This document shows, piece after piece, positions 38,309-49,536 of a stretch of 64,000 bases of DNA. Every line of letters starts with the position of its first letter. Position 1 is the first letter of the stretch. A program made the translations under genes and the position numbers. The notes beneath the pieces are model-generated. The model saw only the letters and a list, made by a program, of their open reading frames with translations, was not told the origin of the DNA and did not search any database. Origin of the DNA: an uncultured Gammaproteobacteria bacterium (GTDB taxonomy: Bacteria; Pseudomonadota; Gammaproteobacteria; Ga0077536); contig CALKCL010000015.1 of the NCBI GenBank assembly GCA_938082545.1, forward strand, positions 20,025 through 84,024. The letters are read 5' to 3'.

Positions 38309-40306
38309 TTAGTTTCCAAGCGACATTCTAAGTTGCGCTATGGTTTCTAGTCCGACTTTTTTATCTGAAGTTTGGCTTGAATTTCCACTGGGCCATTGGA
38401 TTTCCTCTTCAGGCAACTCTTCCAAAAATCTACTTGGTTCGCATGGTTCTATTTGACCATAGCGTTTTCGTGTCTTGCTATAACTGAGCGTTAGATTTCT
38501 TTTTGCTCTAGTAATACCCACATAGGCAACTCTTCTTTCTTCTTGTATTTCAATTTCTGTAGTGCTGTTTCTATGAGGCATAATTCCCTCCTCAAAGCCT
38601 GCTATATAGACATTACTATACTCGAGACCTTTAGCCGCATGGAGTGTGGTAATAGAAACACTATCAGTGTTCTTCTCGTTGTCTTGCCTTTCAATAATAT
38701 CAAAAAGCGTCAATGAAGAAACGACACCAGATAGATCAATTGAGGTGTCTTTCTTGACAAGTTGCTGGACCCAGCTGAGTAATTCTTGGACATTTTTATT
38801 TCGTCGCTCGGACTCTTTTTCGTCTTCCGCATTAGTGGCGAGCCATTCTTCGTAACCTACATCATCGAGTAATGTTGACAAAGTAACATCTGGATCACAA
38901 GCCAGTGATTTTTCTCTTAAGCTCCTTATCCAGCTCCCAAAAAAACGGATATTTTTTGCTATATTAGGCGATAGGGTATCAAGAAAATCAGTATTTTCTG
39001 TCGTTTCTAAAATAGACAGATCCAATTTTGTAGCACCTTCTACGAGCGACTTTACGCTCTGTGTTCCAATGCCTCTGCGGGGAACGTTTAATATTCTCAG
39101 TAGCGCATTGTTATCTAGTGGGTTGGCGATTATGCGCATATAGCAAATACAATCTTTTATTTCAGCATAGTCGAAAAATGACTGACCGCCTGAGAGAGTA
39201 TAAGGAATGTTTCTTTCGAGCAACGCTCGTTCGAAAAGCCTACTCTGATGGTTTGAACGGATCAGTATTGCGAATGCGCTGTTAGGTTCTCTCTTGAGTA
39301 ACTGCCGGTGCAATATGTCATTCGCAATCCTTTCTGCTTCGTCGTGCTCAGTCGAGGAAGATATTACGCGGAGTTGATCACCGAACCCATTTTCAGACCA
39401 GAGCTTCTTGGGGTAATCGTGAGGGTTGTTTCCTATTAAGGCATTAGCCGCTTTCAAGATACTGCCGCTGCTCCGGTAATTTTGTTCAAGTTTAATAACT
39501 TCTAATGTAGGATAATCTTTTTGTAACTGATTTAAGTTTTCTGGATCCGCGCCTCGCCAACCATAGATTGATTGATCGTCATCTCCTACTACTGTCATAT
39601 TTTGGCGACCATTTGTGAGAGTTTTTACTAACTTGTACTGTGCAGTATTTGTATCTTGGTATTCATCCACTAAGAGATACTCGATCTCAGATTGCCATTT
39701 TTCTTTAGCGGCATTGTTCTCAGATAATATCTTTACTGGGGCCATAATGAGGTCGTCAAAGTCGACTGCGTTATAGGTTAGTAACGTTTCCCGATAGTTT
39801 GTATATACTGCTAAGCAGAGAGCATCGAAAGGACGTTCTTTATCAACAATTACCTCTTCTGGAAGTAGAAATAGAGATTTCCAAGAAGATATCCTGTGTT
39901 GCACTAAGATTGGTGCGATATCCCCAGTTCGTTTTTCCTTTCTAAGCAGCTCAGTGACTATCCCGACAGTGTCATTTGAGTCTAATATTGAAAATCCTGA
40001 ACGATAATCTGATAGCGTGATTTCTGCTCTTAAAATCGTAAGTCCCAATGTGTGGAAAGTGCAGATTCTGGGTTTTTCTTTACTACCACTGAGTATTTTC
40101 TTGATCCGTTCTCGCATTTCTTTTGCAGCTCGGTTAGTAAACGTAATGGCAGTAATTTTTTTCGGGCGGATATGTTCTTTGGTGATCAAGTACGATATTT
40201 TGTGAGCGATGACACTGGTCTTTCCACTTCCTGCGCCGGCCAAGACCAATAGAGGACTTTTAGTGTGTCGTATAGCTTTTATTTGTTGAGGGTTTAGATT
40301 TTGCAA
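38309..40306 (-). CDS. rep: ATP-dependent DNA helicase Rep (UvrD/Rep SF1 family)
   Basis: LNPQQIKAI...LVLAGAGSGKTSV, LLVDEYQDTN, VGDDDQSIYGWRGA and TLHAAKGLE. 665 aa, TTG start. Confidence 0.88.
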   Translation of the reverse strand: MQNLNPQQIKAIRHTKSPLLVLAGAGSGKTSVIAHKISYLITKEHIRPKKITAITFTNRAAKEMRERIKKILSGSKEKPRICTFHTLGLTILRAEITLSDYRSGFSILDSNDTVGIVTELLRKEKRTGDIAPILVQHRISSWKSLFLLPEEVIVDKERPFDALCLAVYTNYRETLLTYNAVDFDDLIMAPVKILSENNAAKEKWQSEIEYLLVDEYQDTNTAQYKLVKTLTNGRQNMTVVGDDDQSIYGWRGADPENLNQLQKDYPTLEVIKLEQNYRSSGSILKAANALIGNNPHDYPKKLWSENGFGDQLRVISSSTEHDEAERIANDILHRQLLKREPNSAFAILIRSNHQSRLFERALLERNIPYTLSGGQSFFDYAEIKDCICYMRIIANPLDNNALLRILNVPRRGIGTQSVKSLVEGATKLDLSILETTENTDFLDTLSPNIAKNIRFFGSWIRSLREKSLACDPDVTLSTLLDDVGYEEWLATNAEDEKESERRNKNVQELLSWVQQLVKKDTSIDLSGVVSSLTLFDIIERQDNEKNTDSVSITTLHAAKGLEYSNVYIAGFEEGIMPHRNSTTEIEIQEERRVAYVGITRAKRNLTLSYSKTRKRYGQIEPCEPSRFLEELPEEEIQWPSGNSSQTSDKKVGLETIAQLRMSLGN

Positions 40307-40611
40307 AAAAAGACCGTCTATGATTAATTTTATTGAACGATATGTGCCTTATTTTAAGTAAAGCTGTCTAGCGAAGCTATATTGACTTCTGGTTATTTTT
40401 ACTGGCTTAAATGATTTGCATTTATAACTGTTCTCAATTACAGCGGGAGACGGTCTTTGCCTGGAATTGGACGCATTTGTGTGTGTTTTAGATTAAACTT
40501 ACCCGACAAGTAACTTCCAACCTTCTGTTGACATAACCTGTCAAGAGCAGTCTCAATCAGGGACAGATGACTATAAACAAATATATATTGAGAGATTAAA
40601 GACTATTAAAA

Positions 40612-41802
40612 ATGATTGATCAAAAAAAGCCATACATAGATATCAACATAAATGGATCATTTGTTCGGATTCTAGGCACGGCCCATGTGTCTCAAATAAG
40701 TGTCGATCAGGTTCGTACAGAAATAGAGTCTGAGCAATACAGCGACATTGCAGTCGAGTTGTGTGAAAGTCGATATGAAATGATGTCAGATCCTGATGCC
40801 TTCGGCAAACTTAACTTGGTTGAAATTATCCGTAAAGGAAAAGCCCTCATGGTTACTGCTATGTTGGCTATGGGAGCTTTCCAACAAAGGATTGCTGAGC
40901 AATTCGGTGTGGAGCCTGGGGCGGAGATGCGCACTGCAGTCTTGGAAGCTAAAAAGAGGGAACTGGTTGTACATTTGATAGACCGTAATATCGGTGTCAC
41001 TTTGCGCAGAATTTATGGTTCTGTTGCGTGGTGGAAACGGCCGCATTTATTTCTTGGGCTTCTCGGCAGTGTACTGAGTAATGATAAAGTCGAAGAGAGC
41101 GAGATTGAAGATTTGAAAGAACGTGATGTTATAGAGAGCGCCCTAAGTCAGCTTCAAGAGTCAGCAGGAGATCTATTCATTCCTCTTATTGATGAGCGTG
41201 ATGAATTTATGGCTGTAAAAATTTGGAGGATCGCCAATGCCGGCCCGTGCAGAATTTTAGCAGTTGTCGGTGCCGGTCATCTGACGGGTATTGCGAAGTA
41301 TTTAGATAAAATATCAAATGATTGTGAAGCTCGTTTAAACGAACTAGATAAAGTGCCGAAAAAGAAAAACTGGATAGCGGTTATTCCTTGGGCAATAGTG
41401 GCTCTCATTTTATTCGGGTTCTATTTAGGATTTTCTCGCAGCCCAGAGATGGGAATAAGCCTTTTGGTGGAATGGGCTTTAATCAATGGTGGATTCGCAT
41501 CTTTAGGTGTTTTAATTGCCGGTGGACATTTCTTAACAATTTTAGGCGCTTTTTTTGCGGCTCCGATCACGTCATTAAACCCTACTATTGGAGCAGGCAT
41601 GGTGACGGGATTGATCGAGGCTTGGGTTCGCAAGCCGACAGTATCAGATTTTGCCGCGCTTCGAAAAGATACGGTAACTTGGAGAGGGTGGAGGCGGAAT
41701 AAAGTGGCGCGCACTCTTCTTGCTTTTGTGTTCGGCACATTAGGTTCTGCAATCGGAACGTATGTCGCAGGGTTCAGGATTGTGGGGCAGTTGCTTGGGT
41801 AA
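40612..41802 (+). CDS. TraB/GumN-family protein with a C-terminal membrane domain
   Basis: ILGTAHVSQISV...VVGAGHLTGI, followed by about four hydrophobic segments. Confidence 0.75.
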   Translation: MIDQKKPYIDININGSFVRILGTAHVSQISVDQVRTEIESEQYSDIAVELCESRYEMMSDPDAFGKLNLVEIIRKGKALMVTAMLAMGAFQQRIAEQFGVEPGAEMRTAVLEAKKRELVVHLIDRNIGVTLRRIYGSVAWWKRPHLFLGLLGSVLSNDKVEESEIEDLKERDVIESALSQLQESAGDLFIPLIDERDEFMAVKIWRIANAGPCRILAVVGAGHLTGIAKYLDKISNDCEARLNELDKVPKKKNWIAVIPWAIVALILFGFYLGFSRSPEMGISLLVEWALINGGFASLGVLIAGGHFLTILGAFFAAPITSLNPTIGAGMVTGLIEAWVRKPTVSDFAALRKDTVTWRGWRRNKVARTLLAFVFGTLGSAIGTYVAGFRIVGQLLG

Positions 41803-43111
41803 TCATTTTTAAGGTGCTCTGGTATTTTCTGCGCCACATGTAGCCTATTAGACCTATACCTATCATGCTAAAACCACAAACGTATATAGGTTCCTGAAAA
41901 ACATTAGGCGTCAGCATATTTAAATATGTGTCTGCTGCGTGTAACGGAATCAGTTTATTCAGCACGACAAGAAAGAACAAAAAACAAAAGCTGCTTTGCC
42001 TAGCGGAATAATGCATCTGTAGAAGGCTTAGAAATAACACATCGCGAAATGCTAGGAGCGAGATGGCTAGGGCTGCTGCTCCAGTATTAGTGATCTTTTC
42101 GTTTGTAAATATTTGATCTACTCCCGCCATCGTGGAAAAACTCGCTAAGATTATAGCGAGTATTGAACTGCTTAACCAAAGAGGGGCTTCTTGCAGGCCG
42201 CGCTTAAATTTCCGCTCTCTCAAGTACTTTATAGTTCGGATAAATTGACCAATGCCGGAGGGAAAACTAATTGCTGCCAGGTAGGATGCGGCACTGGCAA
42301 TGACAGCAGAGCATGACAGCCACATGCGAAGTGCGTCGAACCCTTTATCACTTGCTGAAAAACCAGTAACTAATAGCCCCAGTGAAAGAACGAATAACCC
42401 ATAAGCCGATGGAGTTGCTTTGATATCTATTTCTAACCTTAAGCTTCTATATGCCCCAAACATAGCCCAAACACCAATAAAAGTAAGCACAGAGAGAGTA
42501 AATAAGTCCTTTTGATAAGGCACGGAGAACCAAACAGGGTTGGCGTAGCTGGTTTTCAACTGATGCCAGGTAGGTATTAGGATATCGGTGATATGGGGTA
42601 ATAAAAATGCGATTAAAGCGATCGAGATAATAATACTATTACGCTGGTTGGAGGTTCTCTCTCGAAAGACCTGAATGACCTCTTTATTCAAAGAGGTTGC
42701 CTGAAAAATCAGTGCCACAAGGCACAATATGACGCTATTTAAAAGACTTTCGGTCAAGTCTCCCGAGTTCCCAATGTATATTAGCAGGCACAAAATTGCC
42801 GCTCCCCAAGACGTTAGACTAGGCCCTATCAGCTTCCCGAGTAGAAGATGCGATGGTTGGATGCTTCCCATCCTTTGGGCATTCCAGGTGTTATCGCCCA
42901 CTTCCTTTCGGAAGGCGGCAGCAATTCCCATCGGCCCTGTAATAACCCCAAAAAACAAAAATCCAAAAATAGCGATATATTTAGTTATGAAGATGCTAAA
43001 AATACTTTCACTTACAAACCAAGTGATGCTCACGAATAGAACAATTACTAATAACGTAATAATTTTTATTTCATAGAGCCAGAGCTGTTTCATCAATTCA
43101 GGATTTTTCAT
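41774..43111 (-). CDS. polytopic membrane protein, probable permease partner of the adjacent ABC ATPase
   Basis: 445 aa and highly hydrophobic. It starts 4 nt after the ABC ATPase stop on the same strand. Confidence 0.6.
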   Translation of the reverse strand: MKNPELMKQLWLYEIKIITLLVIVLFVSITWFVSESIFSIFITKYIAIFGFLFFGVITGPMGIAAAFRKEVGDNTWNAQRMGSIQPSHLLLGKLIGPSLTSWGAAILCLLIYIGNSGDLTESLLNSVILCLVALIFQATSLNKEVIQVFRERTSNQRNSIIISIALIAFLLPHITDILIPTWHQLKTSYANPVWFSVPYQKDLFTLSVLTFIGVWAMFGAYRSLRLEIDIKATPSAYGLFVLSLGLLVTGFSASDKGFDALRMWLSCSAVIASAASYLAAISFPSGIGQFIRTIKYLRERKFKRGLQEAPLWLSSSILAIILASFSTMAGVDQIFTNEKITNTGAAALAISLLAFRDVLFLSLLQMHYSARQSSFCFLFFLVVLNKLIPLHAADTYLNMLTPNVFQEPIYVCGFSMIGIGLIGYMWRRKYQSTLKMITQATAPQS

Positions 43112-43115
43112 ATTT

Positions 43116-44045
43116 CTATTCTTGCACAGAATCGAAGTAGGCTTTTTTCAGTTTGCTTTGTATCGTTTCTAGCCCAGATATGGTTTTGTTTAAAGGAATG
43201 ATTTTCTGAAATAAATCAGCTTTGTCACTTTCATTGCCACTGAATTCGAAGTCTATACTGCCATTTAATTGTGCGACCTCGCCTACTTTTGGATGAGCCT
43301 GAAGGAGTTCCACCACGTTCTGGAACGGTGATGAAATGGATAGTCGTAACGTCTGATTAGAAATATGTTCGGTGCCAATATTTTTTTCTTCTATCGCTAT
43401 TCCATCTTTCAGTATCAGCAATTGGGTTGAGTATGATTCAATCTCGGACAATATATGTGATGATATTAGTATAGTTACACCGTCATTCTTCTTTTCATTT
43501 AAAAATCTTGAAAGTCTATCTCTGGCTTCGGGATCTAAACCGGAGGCGGGTTCATCTAGCAGCGCTATTTTTGGAGCGTGGATAAAAGCCTGCATAATGG
43601 CAACAGTTTGTCTTAATCCTTTTGATAGAGTTTCCGTTTTTTGCTGTAAACGATCATGCATTTTAAAGCTTGAGGAGAGCTTATCTATCGATATTCTAAG
43701 TTCTTCTTCTCTTATTGAATGTATAGAACCAGCGTACCACAGGCTTTGCTCGACGGTGAGGCTGTCGTAAATACCCGCTCGCTCCGGCAGGTATCCTATT
43801 TTATTGTAGGCATGACGAGGGCGCTCCACCACGTCAACTCCCATTATTTTAATTGTACCTGAGAGTGGCTTTAGCAAACCTACTAGGCATTTGAATAGCG
43901 TGCTTTTACCTGCGCCATTTGGTCCGACAACTGCCATGATAGTGGCGCTTGGTATGGTCAGGGTGATCCCATTCAAGGCGTATATTCCATTGTAGGAAGA
44001 CCAGAGGTTATTTACTTCTATAACAGGTGTAATAATTGAAACCAA
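43116..44045 (-). CDS. ABC transporter ATP-binding protein
   Basis: GPNGAGKST (Walker A), LSKGLRQ (signature motif) and ALLDEP (Walker B). Confidence 0.9.
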   Translation of the reverse strand: MVSIITPVIEVNNLWSSYNGIYALNGITLTIPSATIMAVVGPNGAGKSTLFKCLVGLLKPLSGTIKIMGVDVVERPRHAYNKIGYLPERAGIYDSLTVEQSLWYAGSIHSIREEELRISIDKLSSSFKMHDRLQQKTETLSKGLRQTVAIMQAFIHAPKIALLDEPASGLDPEARDRLSRFLNEKKNDGVTILISSHILSEIESYSTQLLILKDGIAIEEKNIGTEHISNQTLRLSISSPFQNVVELLQAHPKVGEVAQLNGSIDFEFSGNESDKADLFQKIIPLNKTISGLETIQSKLKKAYFDSVQE

Positions 44046-44143
44046 CTAAGTGTTTTTACATACAGCATCATATGGGTAGACAGGTTTTGACGCCAGAAAT
44101 TTAACACGGGACTAAAGTTGCTTTTAGCTAGTATGATATCTCG

Positions 44144-44362
44144 ATGAGTAAGTGGTTGAGAATGGCAGTTGAAAAAGACATTGTGATACGTGCTGTAAAA
44201 CTATCTTGTGTGGTAGGTACTTCACTTATTCTTATTAATTATGGCGATGCGATTTTTACTGCTGAGGTGGCATATCCAGCTTGGTGGAAGATTCCTTTGA
44301 CTTATTGTGTTCCGTATTTTGTGTCCACTTACTCTGCGGTTGGCGCTAGGCTAGCTGATTAA
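44144..44362 (+). CDS. NrtS-family small membrane protein (putative nitrate/nitrite transporter)
   Basis: 72 aa with two TM segments. The pattern ...RAVKLSCVVGTSLILINYGDAIF... resembles the NrtS family. Confidence 0.5.
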   Translation: MSKWLRMAVEKDIVIRAVKLSCVVGTSLILINYGDAIFTAEVAYPAWWKIPLTYCVPYFVSTYSAVGARLAD

Positions 44363-44389
44363 AAAAAACCCCGCATTTGCGGGGTTTTT
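44361..44389. terminator. bidirectional rho-independent terminator
   Basis: aaaaaaaaCCCCGCatttGCGGGGttttt: a GC stem flanked by an A-run and a T-run, between the convergent nrtS-like gene and groEL. Confidence 0.9.
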
Positions 44390-44413
44390 CGTATCTAGGA
44401 TATGGAGGATGAT

Positions 44414-46108
<1,695 letters not shown>

Positions 46109-46135
46109 TTACTTATTTAGCTTAGTTTCTAATTT

Positions 46136-46426
46136 CTATGAATCGAAAACGGCCATGATGTCGTCTTCTCTCATTACGACTACATCGTGGTCATCAACTT
46201 TTACTTCAGTGCCTGAGTATTTCCCAAAAAGAACTTTGTCTCCTACTTTAAGGTCCAGTGCACGAACTTCTCCACTGTCTAAAATTTTTCCATTACCTAC
46301 TGCAACAATTTCGCCTTTACTTGGCTTTTCTGTAGCTGAATCAGGTATAACTATGCCGCCGGGTGAGGTTTTCTCTTCTTCCCAGCGTTTTACGATCACG
46401 CGATCATGCAACGGTCGAATTTTCAT
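46136..46426 (-). CDS. groES: co-chaperonin GroES
   Basis: [14 protein letters not shown]...GGIVIPDSA..., 96 aa. Confidence 0.97.
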   Translation of the reverse strand: MKIRPLHDRVIVKRWEEEKTSPGGIVIPDSATEKPSKGEIVAVGNGKILDSGEVRALDLKVGDKVLFGKYSGTEVKVDDHDVVVMREDDIMAVFDS

Positions 46427-46489
46427 TATTTTAATTCTCCTCCAACAGGATTTGTTTACGAATTAAACGAGCTGATTTGACTATTTTTG

Positions 46490-46516
46490 TTAGCACTCTC
46501 ACTCGAGTAGTGCTAG
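46490..46516 (-). promoter_or_regulatory. CIRCE-like inverted repeat (HrcA operator)
   Basis: The plus strand reads TTAGCACTC-tcactcgag-TAGTGCTAG, against the consensus TTAGCACTC-N9-GAGTGCTAA. One arm matches 9/9 and the other 7/9. It lies 64 nt upstream of the groES ATG. Confidence 0.75.
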
Positions 46517-46517
46517 A

Positions 46518-46545
46518 AATATAGAGAAGTTGTTGAGAATGTCAA
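46518..46545 (-). promoter_or_regulatory. sigma70-type promoter of groESL
   Basis: On the minus strand: TTGACA (46545-46540), 16 nt, TATATT (46523-46518). It directly abuts the CIRCE element. Confidence 0.65.
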
Positions 46546-46645
46546 GAAAATTCTCTATTAATGGTGGGTGGTTAGCTAGAAAACCCCGTTAATATAAGTA
46601 TTAAATCTGTAAATCTGTAAATTTGAAATTAGGAGCGCTACATAA

Positions 46646-47188
46646 ATGGGTAGAGGAAATGTTTTTTTATATACGATTTATGCCGTCTTTCTGTTATTCG
46701 CTGCTACTTTTTTTCAATCAGCGATTGCAGAGGAGCACGCATGCGGATCAATGACTATCAGCGTTGCAGTCGATAGCGAGTCGTTTATGACAGCGCGCGA
46801 TTATCACATTGACGTGAATATTGATGGTTTGACCGTGTCACGACTTAATGCCCCTCTCGTTGGAGATACGCTAGTAAGCTATGCTGCCGATCTTCTGGGA
46901 GATAGCTTTTGCGATGTGGTGGTGGTCAGTGAGGGTGGCATGGGGCAGGAGATATATTTAGACGTCTATGAATGGTCAGAGCATCGATTAAAACCGATTA
47001 AATTATCCACTCTTCCTAATAAATCTTCTTTGAATGAAGTATCTGCTTCTACCGTAAGTGTTATAGACAATAGATTGGTGTTCTTGACCCAGTCTCACCT
47101 TAATCCGCCGGCGGGAACCCAAAGTGCTGACAACTTTGTAGGTAAGTTATTCTATTCTTTTGACAGGAATGAGTGGGGCGAGCTTTAA
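46646..47188 (+). CDS. secreted hypothetical protein
   Basis: N-terminal signal peptide VFLYTIYAVFLLFAATFFQSAIA. I recognise no family. Confidence 0.5.
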   Translation: MGRGNVFLYTIYAVFLLFAATFFQSAIAEEHACGSMTISVAVDSESFMTARDYHIDVNIDGLTVSRLNAPLVGDTLVSYAADLLGDSFCDVVVVSEGGMGQEIYLDVYEWSEHRLKPIKLSTLPNKSSLNEVSASTVSVIDNRLVFLTQSHLNPPAGTQSADNFVGKLFYSFDRNEWGEL

Positions 47189-47219
47189 GAGTTGGCGCGC
47201 AAGAAAGATCGGTATAGCT

Positions 47220-47783
47220 TTACGAAGCTTTTGGCATGAATTTTAACGCTATGCCATTGTTGCACCATCTCTTCCCTGTAGGCATTGGGCCATCGTTGAA
47301 AACGTGCCCTTGGTGTGAACTACATTTTGCGCAATGATATTCGGTTCTAGGCCATAGGAGAGAAAAATCCCGTTTGGTTGACATGTGGTCGGGAATGGTT
47401 TCAGTGAAGCTTGGCCACCCTGTACCGCTGTCGTATTTCATTTTTGATGAGAAGAGAGGAAGGCTGCACAGCTTGCAGATAAATATACCAGCTCGATGCT
47501 CATTGTTTAGGTCGCTACTGAAGGGGGCTTCAGTACCTTCATTTAGTAGTACATCATATTCGAGTGCAGAAAGAACTTGCTTCAGCCGAAACCTATCAGG
47601 AGTCAATTTGGGCTCTACTTTAATGTTTTCGAATGCTGTTGGGAGATACATCTTCCAAGACTCTATGGCTATGTCAGTCTCTCTAACAGACAGATCCTTT
47701 GCCCAAATAGAACAAGGCGCAGAAGATATTCCGGCTATCAAAGCGGAGATACTTGAGATCAAATACTTTCGTCGGTTTAACAT
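47220..47783 (-). CDS. msrB: peptide-methionine (R)-S-oxide reductase MsrB with an N-terminal Tat-type export signal
   Basis: The MsrB core is present: two CxxC zinc pairs (CKLC, CAKC), GTGWPSF, GHVFNDGP and RWCNNG. The N-terminus is MLNRRKYLISSISALIAGISSAPCSIWA. Confidence 0.85.
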   Translation of the reverse strand: MLNRRKYLISSISALIAGISSAPCSIWAKDLSVRETDIAIESWKMYLPTAFENIKVEPKLTPDRFRLKQVLSALEYDVLLNEGTEAPFSSDLNNEHRAGIFICKLCSLPLFSSKMKYDSGTGWPSFTETIPDHMSTKRDFSLLWPRTEYHCAKCSSHQGHVFNDGPMPTGKRWCNNGIALKFMPKAS

Positions 47784-47820
47784 GAGCTTACTAATTTAAA
47801 CATTTGAAAAAATAAGAGGC

Positions 47821-49392
47821 TCAATTGGCCAGATATTTTTCAATATATTCTTTCAAACTTCCCCCTTCTGCATTTTCTAGCTTTTCTTGATCAGAGCGGG
47901 ACACTTCAGCTAGGCGCGAAAAATCCTGTGAAAAATCGCCACGCGCGGGCGAATCTCTGAATTGCACAGCATAATTCTTGGAAATGTTCATCGCATAAGT
48001 TTGGAAGGGCTGTTGAGTCCTTAGTAGTTCATTTAGAATCTTTGCGGCAGGCAAGGATTCGGGGAACTGGATAGCATGTATCTGTTTGTTAAGCGCTATA
48101 CTGTAGTCCCTGTTCACTGAAAGCGCGTCGAGTGCCTCGCAAATGGGTAACATTCTTTGGCATATCTCTAGCGACCAAGACTTTATTGTGCGCCTTCGAG
48201 ACTGTTCTACTAATTTTAAATTAGGTTCATGTCCCCTCAAGGCGACGGTCAGTTCGTTGTATTCTATTTCTCCAAGCTCGCTTTGTGTTAATAGCGGGCT
48301 TTCTTCCAACAGGCAGAAAATCAAAAAAGCTTCCAAGAAGAAGAGTTGTTCGATATCTACTCCTGTAGAGGATAAGCAATTGAGATCTAATGCGCGGATT
48401 TCGACATACTCAACTCCTCGGGACTTTAGGGAAGTTGAAGACCTCTCGCCTGATTGCCCCGTCCGCTTGGGTCGAATGAAGCTGTAATACTCATTCTCTA
48501 TTTGTAATACACTGGTGCTTAGTTGTATCCGAGACCCGTCGTTGTGTAAACCAATGGCTTCATACTCTGGGTAGGGAGTGCGGAGTGCTGTTTCGAGACT
48601 AGCACAATAATCATTAAGTGAATCATAAGACACGACTAATGAGGATTGGTTTTTGTTTTTGTAGCCAATATCGCTCATCCGCAAACTTGTAGCATGGGGT
48701 AAGTAGTATGTGCCGTGCTGGTGCTGTTTGAACCGAGTGGTTCTCCCGGCAAGAAAAGATTTACATACGGCCGGCGATGATCCGAATAAGAAAGGGACCA
48801 TCCACCCTAATCGTTTAAAGTTTCTGATCAAAGAGAAGTAACTCTCGTTAATAAACTCTTGTTCAGGTGCTTTCGATTTTTCCAGCTCTTGATAGATAGG
48901 CCAAAGTTTTTGTGGAAGAGAATAATTAAAGTGGACTCCTGCTATGGCTTGCATTTTTCTACCATATCTCCAATCGAGACCCACCCGATAAATATGTTTC
49001 ATTTTCCCATTATTAGATGTCCCATAGCGTGCGATTGGGATACTCGTGTCGTCTGACACCGCGCAAGGCATGCTGGCGGCCCAAAGTAACTCATCTGACG
49101 ATAGGTGTTGGTATAGGAAGCGGTGTGTTTGCTCTAGGAAATCAATCGTTTTATGCATTTCCGAGAATGCGGGAGTGATGAGTTCAGGTAATGCCTCTGA
49201 ATAGTCTGTTGTGATATAAGGATGCGTAAGAGGTGCGCCCCACTCGTGTGGATGGGGTGTCTGGGCAAGAGAACCATTCGTGTCTATTCTCAAGCTTTCT
49301 TTTTCTAAACCCTTTTTTCCACCTTTGAGTATTTCAACCCCACCTGTGGTTAGCAGTCCGTCTAGACGTTTTTCAAGTAACTTATCAATCAA
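47821..49392 (-). CDS. gshA: glutamate-cysteine ligase (E. coli type)
   Basis: 523 aa, collinear with my recollection of enterobacterial GshA (..GLEKESLRI.., ..YSEALPELITP.., ..YVEIRALD..). Confidence 0.88.
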   Translation of the reverse strand: MIDKLLEKRLDGLLTTGGVEILKGGKKGLEKESLRIDTNGSLAQTPHPHEWGAPLTHPYITTDYSEALPELITPAFSEMHKTIDFLEQTHRFLYQHLSSDELLWAASMPCAVSDDTSIPIARYGTSNNGKMKHIYRVGLDWRYGRKMQAIAGVHFNYSLPQKLWPIYQELEKSKAPEQEFINESYFSLIRNFKRLGWMVPFLFGSSPAVCKSFLAGRTTRFKQHQHGTYYLPHATSLRMSDIGYKNKNQSSLVVSYDSLNDYCASLETALRTPYPEYEAIGLHNDGSRIQLSTSVLQIENEYYSFIRPKRTGQSGERSSTSLKSRGVEYVEIRALDLNCLSSTGVDIEQLFFLEAFLIFCLLEESPLLTQSELGEIEYNELTVALRGHEPNLKLVEQSRRRTIKSWSLEICQRMLPICEALDALSVNRDYSIALNKQIHAIQFPESLPAAKILNELLRTQQPFQTYAMNISKNYAVQFRDSPARGDFSQDFSRLAEVSRSDQEKLENAEGGSLKEYIEKYLAN

Positions 49393-49536
49393 AAAATTAT
49401 CCTCGTTGACACAATGCTATGCTTGGTTTTTATCTGGTACAGAATACTACTATTTTAGTAGTAAACTGAAATAGTAGGTTTTTCTTTCTCTCTATAATAG
49501 TATTCTTGTGTTTTAAGTTGTTCATGGAATTTTTGT

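Noticed and set aside
40307-40611. The possibility that the long rep / traB-family spacer encodes 6S RNA or another known housekeeping RNA, given a closing helix of about 150 nt.
   Set aside because: I could not recognise the 6S central-bubble architecture, SRP or RNase P conserved motifs, or anything else characteristic. Pairing in AT-rich sequence is easy to over-read. It is kept only as a low-interest inverted-repeat observation.
41774-41802. A 29-nt convergent overlap between the traB-family gene and the permease gene.
   Set aside because: Both reading frames look genuine up to their stop codons. Short convergent overlaps occur normally, and nothing suggests recoding or mis-assembly.
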